Shown piece by piece: positions 49,243-61,699 of a DNA stretch of 64,000 nucleotides (position 1 is its first letter; the number at the start of each line of letters is the position of its first letter). The translations under genes and the position numbers were made by a program. The DNA is from Bdellovibrionales bacterium (GTDB lineage: Bacteria > Bdellovibrionota > Bdellovibrionia > Bdellovibrionales > JAMPXM01). The stretch is from positions 1-64,000 of the forward strand of contig JAYUEN010000530.1 in NCBI GenBank assembly GCA_043739185.1. The letters are read 5' to 3'. Below the pieces are notes generated by a model. That model did not search any database, was not told the origin of the DNA, and saw only the letters and a program-made list of their open reading frames with translations.

Positions 49243-50895
49243 ATGTTTCTTAATTTAAAAAGCGGCTTTTTCTTATTTTTGGCGCTTCTCATTTTTTCTT
49301 CGGCACAAGCAGATTCACCGCCTGAAAATGAGCTATTACTATTGCAAAAAATGAGTCTCGAGCAAAAGGTGGGTCAACTTTTTATTCTCGGTTTTATGGG
49401 GACAGATGCCGATCACAGTCTCAATGACCTAATTGGCAAACTTCATCCCGGTGGAATTCTCGTTTTCAGTCGCAATATTCGCACCGCCAAACAAACCGCC
49501 GACTTGCTTTATCAGGCCCAAACCAAATCAATACAATCTTCATTTGCGCCGCTTCTCGTTGCCGTCGATCAAGAGGGAGGAGATGTGATCCGCATCAAGA
49601 CCATGCCCCAGCTTCCGAGCGCACAGGGACTTGCAGAAGCTGGGGATAAGAAGTTGGTTCACGATGCGGGCGTTCAAACCGCCACACTTCTAAAAGCTCT
49701 CGGCTTCAATATGAATCTTGCGCCCGTATTAGACATTGCCGACCCAATCAAAGATACTTTCATCGGCACACGTGCCTTCGGAAAGACCCCACAAATTGTT
49801 TCTGATATGGGCCTAGAGTTCGCAGATGGGTTGCGTGACGGTGGAGTTTTGCCAACGGCAAAGCATTTTCCTGGCCACGGAGGCGTCGCCGGAGATTCGC
49901 ATCTCGTGACACCGCAAAAAAATATCAGCCTTGAAAACTTACTGGCTTCTGACTTGGTTCCATATGCTGAACTCACCAAGCGCGGCGGTGCAAATGCCAT
50001 TATGGTGGCACATATTGCTTTCCCAAAAATTGATCCGAGTCTTGCTCCTGCCACCTATTCAAAAACGCTCATTCAAGATGTTCTGCGAACCCAAATTGGT
50101 TTCAACGGAATTGTTATGACCGATGATATTGAAATGGGCGGAGCTGGCGGCGGCGGAGCACTTGATCACGCCAAACGCGCCATCAATGCAGGCGTTGACC
50201 TTGTCATGATGGCTTGGAATCGAAAAATGCAATTCAAAGTAATCCGAGGCCTCATTGCGGCGGTAAAAAATGGCGAGATTCCTTCTTCTCGAATTGATGA
50301 AAGTGTACTCCGACTTTTAAAAATTAAGCGCATTTTTTCGAGTTTTGATTTGCCAAAGGCTCCTGACGCCAAGTCCCTGCTCGCGAGCGTGCGCAGTCCA
50401 GGACTTCGTGCAATCTCACAGAGTGCAGTAGAAAACATTTTCAATTCTTATAAGACCAAAGTTCACAGCGAGCCTCGTCGCCATATCTCACGGCTTGATT
50501 TTGACGATCTCTCTACAACCAAGTTTTTGGTCTATTCTTTAAATGAAGCTTTTTATCGCTCATTGAAGTCATCCCCATTTCATCTGCGAACACGCTATGA
50601 AAGCCTACAAAATCTGAGCGCTGAAAAAATCGATTTGGTGTTGAACAAAAATGATTCTGCCTATGCCATAATTTATGTTTCAGGCACCAGAAGTGCGCGC
50701 TTGGTAAACTCTTTAAATGACGATTCTGCCCAGCATACCATTGTCGTCAATACTGAGGCGCAATCTTTAATTAAAAACCCAAAGCGCTTTGCCGATGTTT
50801 TAGATATTTATTTTAAGCACCCTGATATTGGCGCGCTCACCGCTGACTATCTAAATTCATTCGCAACAAGCTCACGCGCGCCCAGTTCAAAATAG
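49243..50895 (+). CDS. GH3 beta-N-acetylhexosaminidase (NagZ-like), exported
   Basis: VDQEGG, APVLD and KHFPGHG...DSH motifs; signal peptide. Confidence 0.9.
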   Translation: MFLNLKSGFFLFLALLIFSSAQADSPPENELLLLQKMSLEQKVGQLFILGFMGTDADHSLNDLIGKLHPGGILVFSRNIRTAKQTADLLYQAQTKSIQSSFAPLLVAVDQEGGDVIRIKTMPQLPSAQGLAEAGDKKLVHDAGVQTATLLKALGFNMNLAPVLDIADPIKDTFIGTRAFGKTPQIVSDMGLEFADGLRDGGVLPTAKHFPGHGGVAGDSHLVTPQKNISLENLLASDLVPYAELTKRGGANAIMVAHIAFPKIDPSLAPATYSKTLIQDVLRTQIGFNGIVMTDDIEMGGAGGGGALDHAKRAINAGVDLVMMAWNRKMQFKVIRGLIAAVKNGEIPSSRIDESVLRLLKIKRIFSSFDLPKAPDAKSLLASVRSPGLRAISQSAVENIFNSYKTKVHSEPRRHISRLDFDDLSTTKFLVYSLNEAFYRSLKSSPFHLRTRYESLQNLSAEKIDLVLNKNDSAYAIIYVSGTRSARLVNSLNDDSAQHTIVVNTEAQSLIKNPKRFADVLDIYFKHPDIGALTADYLNSFATSSRAPSSK

Positions 50896-50915
50896 AGAAT
50901 AAACTTCGACTGGGA

Positions 50916-51281
50916 TTATTTGCAGAAAATTTCTGCTTCATTTTTTAAACTGATTGCATTGAGCAGTTCGGAATAGGGTCCTGCTCCCGCGGCAATCATT
51001 TTCTTCTCTGCTGCAACCAATTCTCTTGTGGCCCGCAAAAGCTGTGGACATGCGGTTACTTTAGATAGTTTCGCAGCACAGATTTCAGTTTGTACAAAGT
51101 TGGCCTCTGCCATCAACGTCGATGCTATCGACAATGCACCAGCAGAATAACTTTGAAGGCTTTTGTCCCAAATGCTTTTGGCTTCTATTACCATATCGTT
51201 TGTACAGCCAGTTTGTGGCGCGGCTGCCAAACTAATTTGTGATATGACCAAAATCGTCAGTGTTAGAATGCTCTTTATCAT
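50916..51281 (-). CDS. small secreted helical protein with 4 Cys
   Basis: Signal peptide (..ISLA-A); GGGAG RBS; internal repeat of AG...L.A. Confidence 0.75.
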   Translation of the reverse strand: MIKSILTLTILVISQISLAAAPQTGCTNDMVIEAKSIWDKSLQSYSAGALSIASTLMAEANFVQTEICAAKLSKVTACPQLLRATRELVAAEKKMIAAGAGPYSELLNAISLKNEAEIFCK

Positions 51282-51325
51282 TTTAATGCTCCCGGATTAA
51301 TTTTTATGTATGTGCTGTATGTTTT

Positions 51326-51342
51326 TGCAAAATGACGGCCAA
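51326..51342 (-). promoter_or_regulatory. sigma54 (-24/-12) promoter
   Basis: TTGGCCGTCATTTTGCA on the minus strand (TGGC-N7-TTGCA). Confidence 0.6.
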
Positions 51343-51354
51343 CTTATGGGCCAA

Positions 51355-51993
51355 CTAAAGTGCCCTTAAAACTAATTTTCCAAAAATCGGCAAAAGGATA
51401 TCGCCGCCAATTAGCTTGCGTGAGTTTGGCTCGACTACGAGGGTGGCGACGTTGAAACTTTGAAACAATGCCTCTTGTTTTGAATAAGCTATGCTTATTT
51501 TCCTATTTAAAGGAGGCACTTCACTCACCAAAAATTTAGTTCGATAGCTTCTCTTCGCGCCGACATAGAGGCCCGCCGTTTCGATAGACTCAAGCCTTAA
51601 AGCACAAAATAAGATGGCTCCAGGAGTTAGAACGGCTCGGGTCCTAAATTCGTCATCCTCCGTATTGAAATGCTTTTCTTTGTTTGCGCTTTTAAAGACT
51701 ATTTTATTTTCCTGAGGCACGTGAGTCCAGCCGCCACGTCCACCACCTGACTCTGAAAAACTAAAACTCTCCATTTGAATATGTGAAGATCCGCCGATGC
51801 GGTCTTTTCCTGAAAATTGATGCTCTACTCTGTCTTTGAAAGGTAGCTTGTAGGTAAGTTTTCCTGTGGTAACCAAACTTGAACCCTGAACTTCCCACCC
51901 GATTTGAAGATCCGCGCTTAAAAGAGTTCCTCCGCTTTGCAAATGAATCCTCATTGGCCCCATGAGCGCCAATTCGTGCTCTGTAAGTTTCAA
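51355..51993 (-). CDS. hypothetical beta-rich protein
   Basis: 212-aa ORF downstream of atpC; no family recognised and start uncertain. Confidence 0.6.
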   Translation of the reverse strand: MKLTEHELALMGPMRIHLQSGGTLLSADLQIGWEVQGSSLVTTGKLTYKLPFKDRVEHQFSGKDRIGGSSHIQMESFSFSESGGGRGGWTHVPQENKIVFKSANKEKHFNTEDDEFRTRAVLTPGAILFCALRLESIETAGLYVGAKRSYRTKFLVSEVPPLNRKISIAYSKQEALFQSFNVATLVVEPNSRKLIGGDILLPIFGKLVLRAL

Positions 51994-52024
51994 TTCAGTT
52001 TCATCTTGATTCGATTTTAATGAA

Positions 52025-52447
52025 TTAATGTGATGTTTGCTTAAGTTGATCGACGAGTTCTTTGCGAACCTTTGATCTCATTAGTTTATTAAGGTGTTTT
52101 TCAACAAGCTCGGCATCAGCGTCTATTTTTGCGAGCTGTTCATTAGACAAGTTTATCGAGCGCACAAGTCTCTCAACATCAATTTCCTCTGGTAACTCTG
52201 CGGTTTCTGCCAAAACCTTTACGCCGTCTGGATTGACCTGGCAATAACCCCAGCTCACCGCGATACTAATAAATGTGTTCTCGCCCTTGCGACGATAACG
52301 CAAAATCCCCGGGCTTAGACTTGTCATCAATGGCGCATGGCCCGGCAGAATGTCGAGCTCGCCTCTTTCTGCGGTTACAAAAACCTCTTCAATCTCTTGA
52401 TTCTGAACTAGCTTTTTTTCAGGCGTAAACAAATTCAATAGAAACAT
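52025..52447 (-). CDS. atpC: ATP synthase F1 epsilon
   Basis: GELDILPGHAPL motif; position in the operon. Confidence 0.95.
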   Translation of the reverse strand: MFLLNLFTPEKKLVQNQEIEEVFVTAERGELDILPGHAPLMTSLSPGILRYRRKGENTFISIAVSWGYCQVNPDGVKVLAETAELPEEIDVERLVRSINLSNEQLAKIDADAELVEKHLNKLMRSKVRKELVDQLKQTSH

Positions 52448-52472
52448 GAGGACTCCTAATCAAAATTCCCGA

Positions 52473-54790
<2,318 letters not shown>

Positions 54791-54808
54791 TTATATTACG
54801 CCTTCTGC

Positions 54809-56335
54809 CTATGACTTTTGAGTAACTTCAAAAATAGCCTTAAACTCGTCCATCGCAGCGGTCAGGCTTTTCTTGGTATCATCTTTTACAGCTTTGTCTT
54901 TCTTCAAAGTTGTAATAATTCCAGAATGTTTTCCGTGGAAAAACTGAAGGCACTCAGACTCATATCTTTTTACGTCGGTTTCAGGAATGACATCCAAATA
55001 ACCATTTGAAGCCGCAAAAATCATAATGACTTGGTCTTCAACTACTACGGGCATATATTGCGGCTGCTTTAAAAGCTCTACAAGCCTGCGTCCACGCGCG
55101 AGCTGTGTTTGAGATGCTTTATCTAAATCTGATGCAAAGGCCGCAAAGGCTTCAAGCGCGCGAAACTGAGCAAGCTCAAGTTTTAAGGCTCCCGCCACTT
55201 GCTTCATCGCTTTGATCTGCGCATTTCCGCCCACTCGGGAAACGGATTTGCCCACGTTAACGGCCGGTCGAATCCCTTTGAAAAACAAATCGCTCTCCAA
55301 AAATATCTGCCCGTCGGTAATTGAAATAACGTTTGTTGGAATATACGCGGAAATATCACCTGCTTGCGTCTCAATAATTGGCAACGCGGTCAATGAGCCG
55401 CCACCTTTTTCTTCTGATAGTTTGGCTGCTCGCTCTAATAGTCGGCTATGAATATAAAATACGTCTCCCGGATAAGCTTCTCGCCCCGGTGGACGCCTCA
55501 ACAACAAAGACAGCTGACGATAAGCTTGGGCTTGTTTTGTCAAATCATCGTAAATGATGAGCGCGTGTCGTCCTGAATCTCGAAAGTACTCTGCCATTGC
55601 GCAGCCAGAGTAGGGTGCCAAGAATTGAATGGCCGCGGGATCAGATGCGGACGCGCAGATAACTGTTGTATACTCCATTGCGCCTGAACTTTTGAGTTTT
55701 TCAACAACCAAGGCCACGGTTGATTTCTTTTGTCCAATGGCTACATAAAAACACTGAACGTTTTGGCCTTTTTGGTTGATAATTGTATCAATCGCAATTG
55801 CGGTTTTGCCGGTCTGACGATCCCCAATAATAAGTTCGCGCTGGCCTCTGCCAATCGGAATAAGGGCATCAATTGACTTAATGCCGGTTTGCATCGGCTC
55901 GTGTACGGGAAAGCGCGAAACGATTCCGGTTGCTTTCATTTCGACGACGCGTGTATGGGGGGTTTTAATTGGTCCGTGTCCGTCAATTGGATTTCCGAGT
56001 GGATCAACCACTCGACCCAAAAGTGCTTCTCCAACGGGAACTTGAACAATTTTTCCTGTACGTTTTACGTTGTCGCCTTCTTTAATGGTTCTGTCTTCAC
56101 CCAAAATAACGACTCCCACGGCCGCTTGCTCAAGGTTCAATACCATTCCAAAAACTTCTCCCGGAAACTCAACGAGTTCGCCGGCCATTGCTGATTCAAG
56201 GCCATGGACTCTTGCGACGCCGTCTCCAACGGAAAGTACGCTTCCGGTTTCGCTCACCTGAAGTGATTTGCTATAATTTTTGATTTGTTCTTTTAGAACT
56301 CGGCTAATTTCATCTGCGCGAATTTGCATTTCCAT
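54809..56335 (-). CDS. atpA: ATP synthase F1 alpha
   Basis: GDRQTGKT and [11 protein letters not shown] motifs. Confidence 0.99.
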   Translation of the reverse strand: MEMQIRADEISRVLKEQIKNYSKSLQVSETGSVLSVGDGVARVHGLESAMAGELVEFPGEVFGMVLNLEQAAVGVVILGEDRTIKEGDNVKRTGKIVQVPVGEALLGRVVDPLGNPIDGHGPIKTPHTRVVEMKATGIVSRFPVHEPMQTGIKSIDALIPIGRGQRELIIGDRQTGKTAIAIDTIINQKGQNVQCFYVAIGQKKSTVALVVEKLKSSGAMEYTTVICASASDPAAIQFLAPYSGCAMAEYFRDSGRHALIIYDDLTKQAQAYRQLSLLLRRPPGREAYPGDVFYIHSRLLERAAKLSEEKGGGSLTALPIIETQAGDISAYIPTNVISITDGQIFLESDLFFKGIRPAVNVGKSVSRVGGNAQIKAMKQVAGALKLELAQFRALEAFAAFASDLDKASQTQLARGRRLVELLKQPQYMPVVVEDQVIMIFAASNGYLDVIPETDVKRYESECLQFFHGKHSGIITTLKKDKAVKDDTKKSLTAAMDEFKAIFEVTQKS

Positions 56336-56337
56336 TT

Positions 56338-56886
56338 TTAAACTGTTCTCCTGTTTAAGTCGTCGTGTATTTTGCGAAGGTGGGAATCTAGGGTGTCGTC
56401 AAAAGTATAACTTCCGACTTGTGCAACCAGGCCACCAATTAGTCCGGCATCTACTTTGTAGGTCATGATAACTTTTTTCTTTATGGCATTTTCAACTTTT
56501 GTTTCGATTTGCTTGCGCTCTTCTGGGCCGAGCGTAGACGCCGACCGCACAAGGCCTCGAGCCACTCCGTTTGCATTGTCAATTTGAGCCTGAAATGCGT
56601 GTGTAAGTTCAGAAAAAATGGCGAGACGGTTTCTTCCGGCAATAAGGTCAAGAAGGCTTTCAACCTCTTGGCTAATTCCTGATTTTGCGACCGCCGCCTT
56701 TAAAACTCGTTGCTTGTCTTCGGGGCGAACAGTGGCTGACGTGAGATACGCAAAGCTCTCTTTATCTTCAACAATTACTTGCTCTAAGGTCCGGAGATCT
56801 GAAAAAACCTTTTCTTGCGTTTTGTTTTCTGTGGCTAAAGCAAAAAGTGCTTTTGCGTAGCGGTTCCCGATATCAGAAATTCTCAT
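56338..56886 (-). CDS. atpH: ATP synthase F1 delta
   Basis: RYAKALF and VD..LIGG...VGS...D motifs. Confidence 0.95.
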   Translation of the reverse strand: MRISDIGNRYAKALFALATENKTQEKVFSDLRTLEQVIVEDKESFAYLTSATVRPEDKQRVLKAAVAKSGISQEVESLLDLIAGRNRLAIFSELTHAFQAQIDNANGVARGLVRSASTLGPEERKQIETKVENAIKKKVIMTYKVDAGLIGGLVAQVGSYTFDDTLDSHLRKIHDDLNRRTV

Positions 56887-57374
56887 TGGCGCACCACCTG
56901 AATTTTTTCAACAAATTCGTCTTGCAGGCGCTTTTGATCAGGCTCGTTTACTTTTTCTTTGAGAATTTTCTTGGCCTGTTCAATTGCTCCATTAAGAAGT
57001 TCGTCACGTAGCTCAAGCTTGGCCCTCTGAATCTCGGACTCGGCGGTTCTTTCGGTTTCTTTTTTCAAGTTAGCAACCAGCTCTTTGGCCTCTGAAATAA
57101 TTTTGAATTTTAGTTCTTCTGCGTCTTTTTGAGCCTGTGCGCGGTCAGCCGCAGCCGAGGCCTCTAGCTTGGTGAGTTTTTCTTTGATTATGTTTTTTTG
57201 ATGTTCTGCTTCCTTGCGCGCATGCTCGGCTCTTATGAGCGCCTGTTTAAAGCTTGCTTCACGCTCTTGAAAGTATGCCACAACTTTTTTTCTCAACAGA
57301 AAAAACAGCAGCGCTACAAAAAGTCCGAAGTTAACAAATTGCCAAATGACTTCTTTTGGTAATGGCTCGCCCAT
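56883..57374 (-). CDS. atpF: ATP synthase F0 subunit b
   Basis: WQFVNF TM followed by a long charged helix. Confidence 0.9.
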   Translation of the reverse strand: MGEPLPKEVIWQFVNFGLFVALLFFLLRKKVVAYFQEREASFKQALIRAEHARKEAEHQKNIIKEKLTKLEASAAADRAQAQKDAEELKFKIISEAKELVANLKKETERTAESEIQRAKLELRDELLNGAIEQAKKILKEKVNEPDQKRLQDEFVEKIQVVRQ

Positions 57375-57376
57375 TT

Positions 57377-57829
57377 TTATAAATCCTTGCCGGCGAGACG
57401 ACTCGCTATTGCGCTGCTGACGGCTGGTATTTCCGCCGCCAACTTTTTACGTGCGCTTTCGACCTCTGCGCTGATTTTCTTTCGTGCGCCTTCTATGAGT
57501 TGGCTTGAGCTTTCTCTGGCGTCGGCCAACATTTGCTCGTAGTCGCGAAGCGCATCGGTGCGTTTTATATCGTACATACTCTTGATGTCAGCATTGATTT
57601 CCCGGGCTTTTTTCTCGTAATTCCCGGTGAGTTCTTGGGCCTCCTCGATAATTCGAATCGCAAATTCTTCGCCACCCACAGTACGCTTTTCGCGTTCATG
57701 ATAGGCTTTCATATAGGGCTTGAAAATGAGCTCGGTGAGGGCGATGTAGGAAACCAAAAAGCACCCAAGCTGAATCCAAAGTGTCTGATTAACTCCAAGT
57801 GCGGTTAGCAGTGATAATACTATTTGCAT
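57377..57829 (-). CDS. ATP synthase F0 subunit b'
   Basis: TLWIQL..F TM, FKPY...ERE and coiled coil; second b-type gene. Confidence 0.85.
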   Translation of the reverse strand: MQIVLSLLTALGVNQTLWIQLGCFLVSYIALTELIFKPYMKAYHEREKRTVGGEEFAIRIIEEAQELTGNYEKKAREINADIKSMYDIKRTDALRDYEQMLADARESSSQLIEGARKKISAEVESARKKLAAEIPAVSSAIASRLAGKDL

Positions 57830-57942
57830 TAAATTAATATCCCGAGATGAATTTTGGCTTTTTGAATTAGCATCTGATTCTGGAATTGGTCAAGCAATGA
57901 TTAAGCCAGATTAAAATCAGGCTTTTCGTCGGCTGGCTAAGT

Positions 57943-58320
57943 CTAATTTGATGACATATAAGAGGCGCCCTCAAAAACCACGCCCTCGTCAATTCGAAGA
58001 CTTGGCGAGGTAACTGTTCCCTTAAAAACGGCTGGCGGATGCATAATTACCCGGCGCCTGGCAAAGACATTTCCGATAAGTTCGCCGCTTAGAATTAGCA
58101 CATCCGCTTCAATCTGTGCTTCAACGAGCGCACCCTGATTGATAACGAGGGTGTCCTGCGTGAAGATTTCGCCCTTAAACTGACCCCCAATACGAACTGT
58201 GCCTTCAAAAGTGAGTTTGCCTTCAAAAAATGCGCCCTGGTCAAGCAGGGCGGTGATGTGGTCCGTTGGAAGTGTTGGTTGTGGGCTTGCTGGAATTTTT
58301 ATTTTTTCTACTTCAGCCAT
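57943..58320 (-). CDS. bactofilin (polymer-forming cytoskeletal protein)
   Basis: Repeating beta-helix pattern FEGKLTFEGTVRIGG.FKGEI...IDEGVVFEG. Confidence 0.92.
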   Translation of the reverse strand: MAEVEKIKIPASPQPTLPTDHITALLDQGAFFEGKLTFEGTVRIGGQFKGEIFTQDTLVINQGALVEAQIEADVLILSGELIGNVFARRRVIMHPPAVFKGTVTSPSLRIDEGVVFEGASYMSSN

Positions 58321-59312
58321 GCGGTCCTGATCTTTTCAAGTTGAGCGTTAAATTGTTCGTCGCTATAAAACGAAATGGAGATTTGGCCTTTCCCAGAATG
58401 GTAGTCAATTGCGACCTTGGTTCCAAGAAGTTTTTGTAGCTCCTCTGAGACGCCTTGAGTAAGTTTTTTCGAGATGTCAAACTTTGCCATTTGATCTGCG
58501 GAAATGCTTCCTGCTGTCTGACTACGAAATTTACTCTGTGCCACAAGCTTTTCTGTGGCTCGAACAGAGAGTTTTTCTGAAATGACGACTTTTGCAATTG
58601 AAATCTGTTGGCCGTGGTCTTCGAGAGAAAGGATTACTTTTGCGTGTCCGGTTGTAATTTGATTTTGTCGTAGCATCTGCTTGATGGCTTGTGGAAGATT
58701 TAAAAGCCTAAGGGAATTTGCAATTGTTGCTCTTTCTTTTCCTAACTTTTGAGAAATCTCTTGTTGAGTCAGAGCATACTTCTGCATAAGCAAATCAAAG
58801 GCCTCAGCTTCCTCCATTGCATTGAGGTCAGAGCGCTGAATATTTTCAATAATCGCAAGCTCAAAGGAGTCTTGATCGTCAGACTTTCTAATAATTACGG
58901 GCACCTCATGGAGGCCCGCCTTCTGTGCGGCTCTCCAGCGTCTTTCGCCCGCAATAATTTCAAACTTATTAGCCTCTGTTCGGCGCACACTTATCGGCTG
59001 AAGAATTCCTTTTTCTTTTATAGAGTCCGCAAGCTCTTTAAGTGCTTCGGGTTCAAACTCTTTACGCGGTTGATTTGGATTTGGATGAATGCTGGTAACG
59101 GCCACGGTCCAAAGTCTTTGGTGTTCGTCGGGGGCCTGTTGCGTCTTTTTAATGGGCTCATGCGCTGGTGGCGGGAGCGTATCGGGCGAATGAAAGGCCC
59201 CGGTATGTTCTTTTTTGGCCTCTTGAATACTGTCTCCGAAAAGGCTGCCAAGGCCTCTTCCTAATGATTTTTTCTTTGGGTTGTTTGATAAAATATCTGT
59301 ACTATTGGACAT
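58308..59312 (-). CDS. parB: chromosome partitioning protein ParB
   Basis: LGRGLGSL N-peptide, GERRWRA, ENIQRSDLN and HTH. Confidence 0.97.
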   Translation of the reverse strand: MSNSTDILSNNPKKKSLGRGLGSLFGDSIQEAKKEHTGAFHSPDTLPPPAHEPIKKTQQAPDEHQRLWTVAVTSIHPNPNQPRKEFEPEALKELADSIKEKGILQPISVRRTEANKFEIIAGERRWRAAQKAGLHEVPVIIRKSDDQDSFELAIIENIQRSDLNAMEEAEAFDLLMQKYALTQQEISQKLGKERATIANSLRLLNLPQAIKQMLRQNQITTGHAKVILSLEDHGQQISIAKVVISEKLSVRATEKLVAQSKFRSQTAGSISADQMAKFDISKKLTQGVSEELQKLLGTKVAIDYHSGKGQISISFYSDEQFNAQLEKIRTAWLK

Positions 59313-60138
59313 CTAAACCCCTATCAAATGCTTCTTTGTTTTCGCTTGGCGCAGCGTGGCTTTGTCTTGATGCCATTACTTTTTGGTCTAACTCATTTGC
59401 CAGCTCCATATACTTTATGGCGCCAATTGATTTCGCATCGTAATCAATAATCGCTTGGCCGTGGCTGGGTGCTTCGCTCAAACGAACATTTCTCGGGATA
59501 ATTGCTGAAAAAACTTTATCTCCGAAGTGGGTTTGAATTTCGCTTACTACCTGGTGACTTAAATTATTTCGCGTATCAAACATTGTGAGTACAATTCCCT
59601 CTATTCGAAGCTCAGGATTGAGACTCTTTTTTACAAGGCCCGCGGTATTCAAAAGCTGGCTGAGTCCTTCAAGGGCATAGTACTCACACTGAAGGGGTAC
59701 TATAAAGGTGTTTGCTGCTGATAGGGCGTTAAGCGTAAGCAGCCCTAGCGATGGTGGGCAATCAATTAAAATATAGTCGTAATCATTTATTAGCGCTTTA
59801 AAAGCCAGCTTCAATTTGAATTCTCTTTGGGGAACGTCGACCAGCTCTATCTCGGCGCCGACTAAATCCGGATTTGCTGGAGCAACAAATAGATTTGGAT
59901 TACTTGTAGGCTTAATAACTCCTTTGATCGGAGCCTCGCCAATTAAAACATGATAAATATTGTTATCTTGATATTCGTATTTTTTTAATCCCAATCCGCT
60001 AGAGGCATTTCCCTGCGGATCCATATCTACAATTAAAACCCGTCGACCCTTGTTCGCCAATGCTGAGGCGAGATTTACGGAGGTGGTTGTTTTGCCAACG
60101 CCACCTTTTTGATTTGCAATACAAATTATTCTCATCAC
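59302..60138 (-). CDS. parA: chromosome partitioning ATPase ParA/Soj
   Basis: NQKGGVGKTT, DPQGNAS, DCPPSLG and RNVRLSEAPSHG motifs. Confidence 0.98.
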   Translation of the reverse strand: MMRIICIANQKGGVGKTTTSVNLASALANKGRRVLIVDMDPQGNASSGLGLKKYEYQDNNIYHVLIGEAPIKGVIKPTSNPNLFVAPANPDLVGAEIELVDVPQREFKLKLAFKALINDYDYILIDCPPSLGLLTLNALSAANTFIVPLQCEYYALEGLSQLLNTAGLVKKSLNPELRIEGIVLTMFDTRNNLSHQVVSEIQTHFGDKVFSAIIPRNVRLSEAPSHGQAIIDYDAKSIGAIKYMELANELDQKVMASRQSHAAPSENKEAFDRGLDVQ

Positions 60139-60244
60139 CTGACCACCCCTTTTTCGTAAATGATCTTGATTTGATTATCCAGGCGAGGAATCATCCCTCT
60201 CTTTTGGACTAATGGATAGTTATTTTTTAAAGAATTTCTGCCGA

Positions 60245-60260
60245 TGTTCTACGTGGAACA
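60245..60260. promoter_or_regulatory. parS site 1
   Basis: TGTTCTACGTGGAACA, one mismatch from TGTTCCACGTGGAACA; upstream of parA. Confidence 0.85.
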
Positions 60261-60266
60261 CTTTTT

Positions 60267-60965
60267 ATGAATACTTTGATTTATTTTTTGGCAAAAACAT
60301 TCGAAATGGCAGCTCACCTGCCCGGTGGCCGTGCTGGTCGCCACTGGCACATTGCCAATTTCGTTCGTGCTCTTGCGCGACTAGCCACGGTTTTGACCCT
60401 GGGCATTTTGATTTCGTCCTGTGAGAAGCCAATTGATAACCCTGAGCTGGCCGACAATATCTACAATGACTTAATTAAGGACGCGAAAGCAAATTCAGCG
60501 GCCGTTGAGGAAGAAAAGAAAGTTCTGCAGGGTCTTGAGGACGATATTGTCGCGACAAAGCTTGGCGACAATAGTGCGAAGTCAAAATTTCGAAAAAAGT
60601 ACGATACCGAGGCGAAGATTCAAGTGCTTAGTCAAAAAGCGCGATATTTCAGCTTAAGAGCACTCAAAAGAAAGGAATATGTCGAGCACACATATCCAAA
60701 GTACTTTGAAAAACATCTTCATTGGCCAGATGCCGAAGAGTGGTCAGACTATCAGGCCTCCAAACGACTAAGCACTGCCAGCAGGGACTGGAACCAACGC
60801 GTTCCCAGACTAAGCAAGCGTATTAAATCATATGCAGACTCTGCTGCCAGTGCATATTCAGGGGCTAAAAAAGAATCCTCGGGCAAGAAAGAGACTCCCG
60901 ACAAAGCACCTCCTGGCGAGTCGGCTCCGGCTGAAAAGACAGTAAGGGCCGGCGCCGCAGAGTAG
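60267..60965 (+). CDS. hypothetical coiled-coil lipoprotein (start uncertain; 60306 possible)
   Basis: Lipobox ISSC after a hydrophobic stretch; K/E-rich helical body; opposite strand to its neighbours. Confidence 0.7.
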   Translation: MNTLIYFLAKTFEMAAHLPGGRAGRHWHIANFVRALARLATVLTLGILISSCEKPIDNPELADNIYNDLIKDAKANSAAVEEEKKVLQGLEDDIVATKLGDNSAKSKFRKKYDTEAKIQVLSQKARYFSLRALKRKEYVEHTYPKYFEKHLHWPDAEEWSDYQASKRLSTASRDWNQRVPRLSKRIKSYADSAASAYSGAKKESSGKKETPDKAPPGESAPAEKTVRAGAAE

Positions 60966-60977
60966 ATTATATGTTTT

Positions 60978-60993
60978 TGTTCCACGTAGAACA
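60978..60993. promoter_or_regulatory. parS site 2
   Basis: TGTTCCACGTAGAACA, the exact reverse complement of site 1. Confidence 0.85.
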
Positions 60994-61003
60994 ATTTTGA
61001 AGT

Positions 61004-61699
61004 TTAAACACTTATTTTTTCAGTTAAAACGACAGTCTCAACACTATTTGTTTCCGGAAGCGTATAATTTCCAACCAGGCTTGCGTTCCAGTGAGAAAAC
61101 AATTGGGATGGAACCCCTGCAAGCTCAGAAGCAAAGCTATCGCCCTTAAGGTGAAAAAGCTTGCCACTTTTGGCCATTGGCTTACGGGCCAGCAACATAC
61201 ACTTGTGTAGGGCCGCAAAGCCACGAGTTACAACATTATTGCAGCTTCCCTCTGGGAGCTCTTCAATTGACTTTACCAAGGTCTTAACATTCGAAAGACC
61301 TGTTCTCGCAATTATGTGTTTCAAAAACTCGGTCTTTCTAATATCTCTTTCAACCAAAATATATTCAAAATCAGGATAAATTATACCCATAACAATACCA
61401 GGAAATCCATTGCCACTACCAAAGTCATAAACCGTATGTTTTGAATGTAGGGCTGGATAAATGAGTTTCGCGGCGAGTACTGAGTCGGCAAAATGAATCG
61501 CCTCCACCCTGGGAGCGCTAGATGCGGAAATTAAATTAATTGCCTTATTAAATTTTAAAAGTTCTTCAAGATAAATGTCTAGCTTTTGATGCGCCGTGCC
61601 TGAAAGCTCTGGAAACCATTTTAAAAGCTTCTTTTCAGTGCTGGTTTGGGCGATTTCCTTCGCCTTCTCTCTTGCTTCTCTTTTGCTGTGAAAGCTCAC
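61004..61699 (-). CDS. rsmG: 16S rRNA m7G527 methyltransferase
   Basis: [13 protein letters not shown] and [10 protein letters not shown] motifs; GTG after AGGAG. Confidence 0.95.
   Translation of the reverse strand: MSFHSKREAREKAKEIAQTSTEKKLLKWFPELSGTAHQKLDIYLEELLKFNKAINLISASSAPRVEAIHFADSVLAAKLIYPALHSKHTVYDFGSGNGFPGIVMGIIYPDFEYILVERDIRKTEFLKHIIARTGLSNVKTLVKSIEELPEGSCNNVVTRGFAALHKCMLLARKPMAKSGKLFHLKGDSFASELAGVPSQLFSHWNASLVGNYTLPETNSVETVVLTEKISV

Noticed and set aside
61635..61699. 65-nt mnmG/rsmG overlap as a frameshift or pseudogene
   Set aside because: Both ORFs are full length and rsmG has its own AGGAG-GTG; this is a simple C-terminal run-on.
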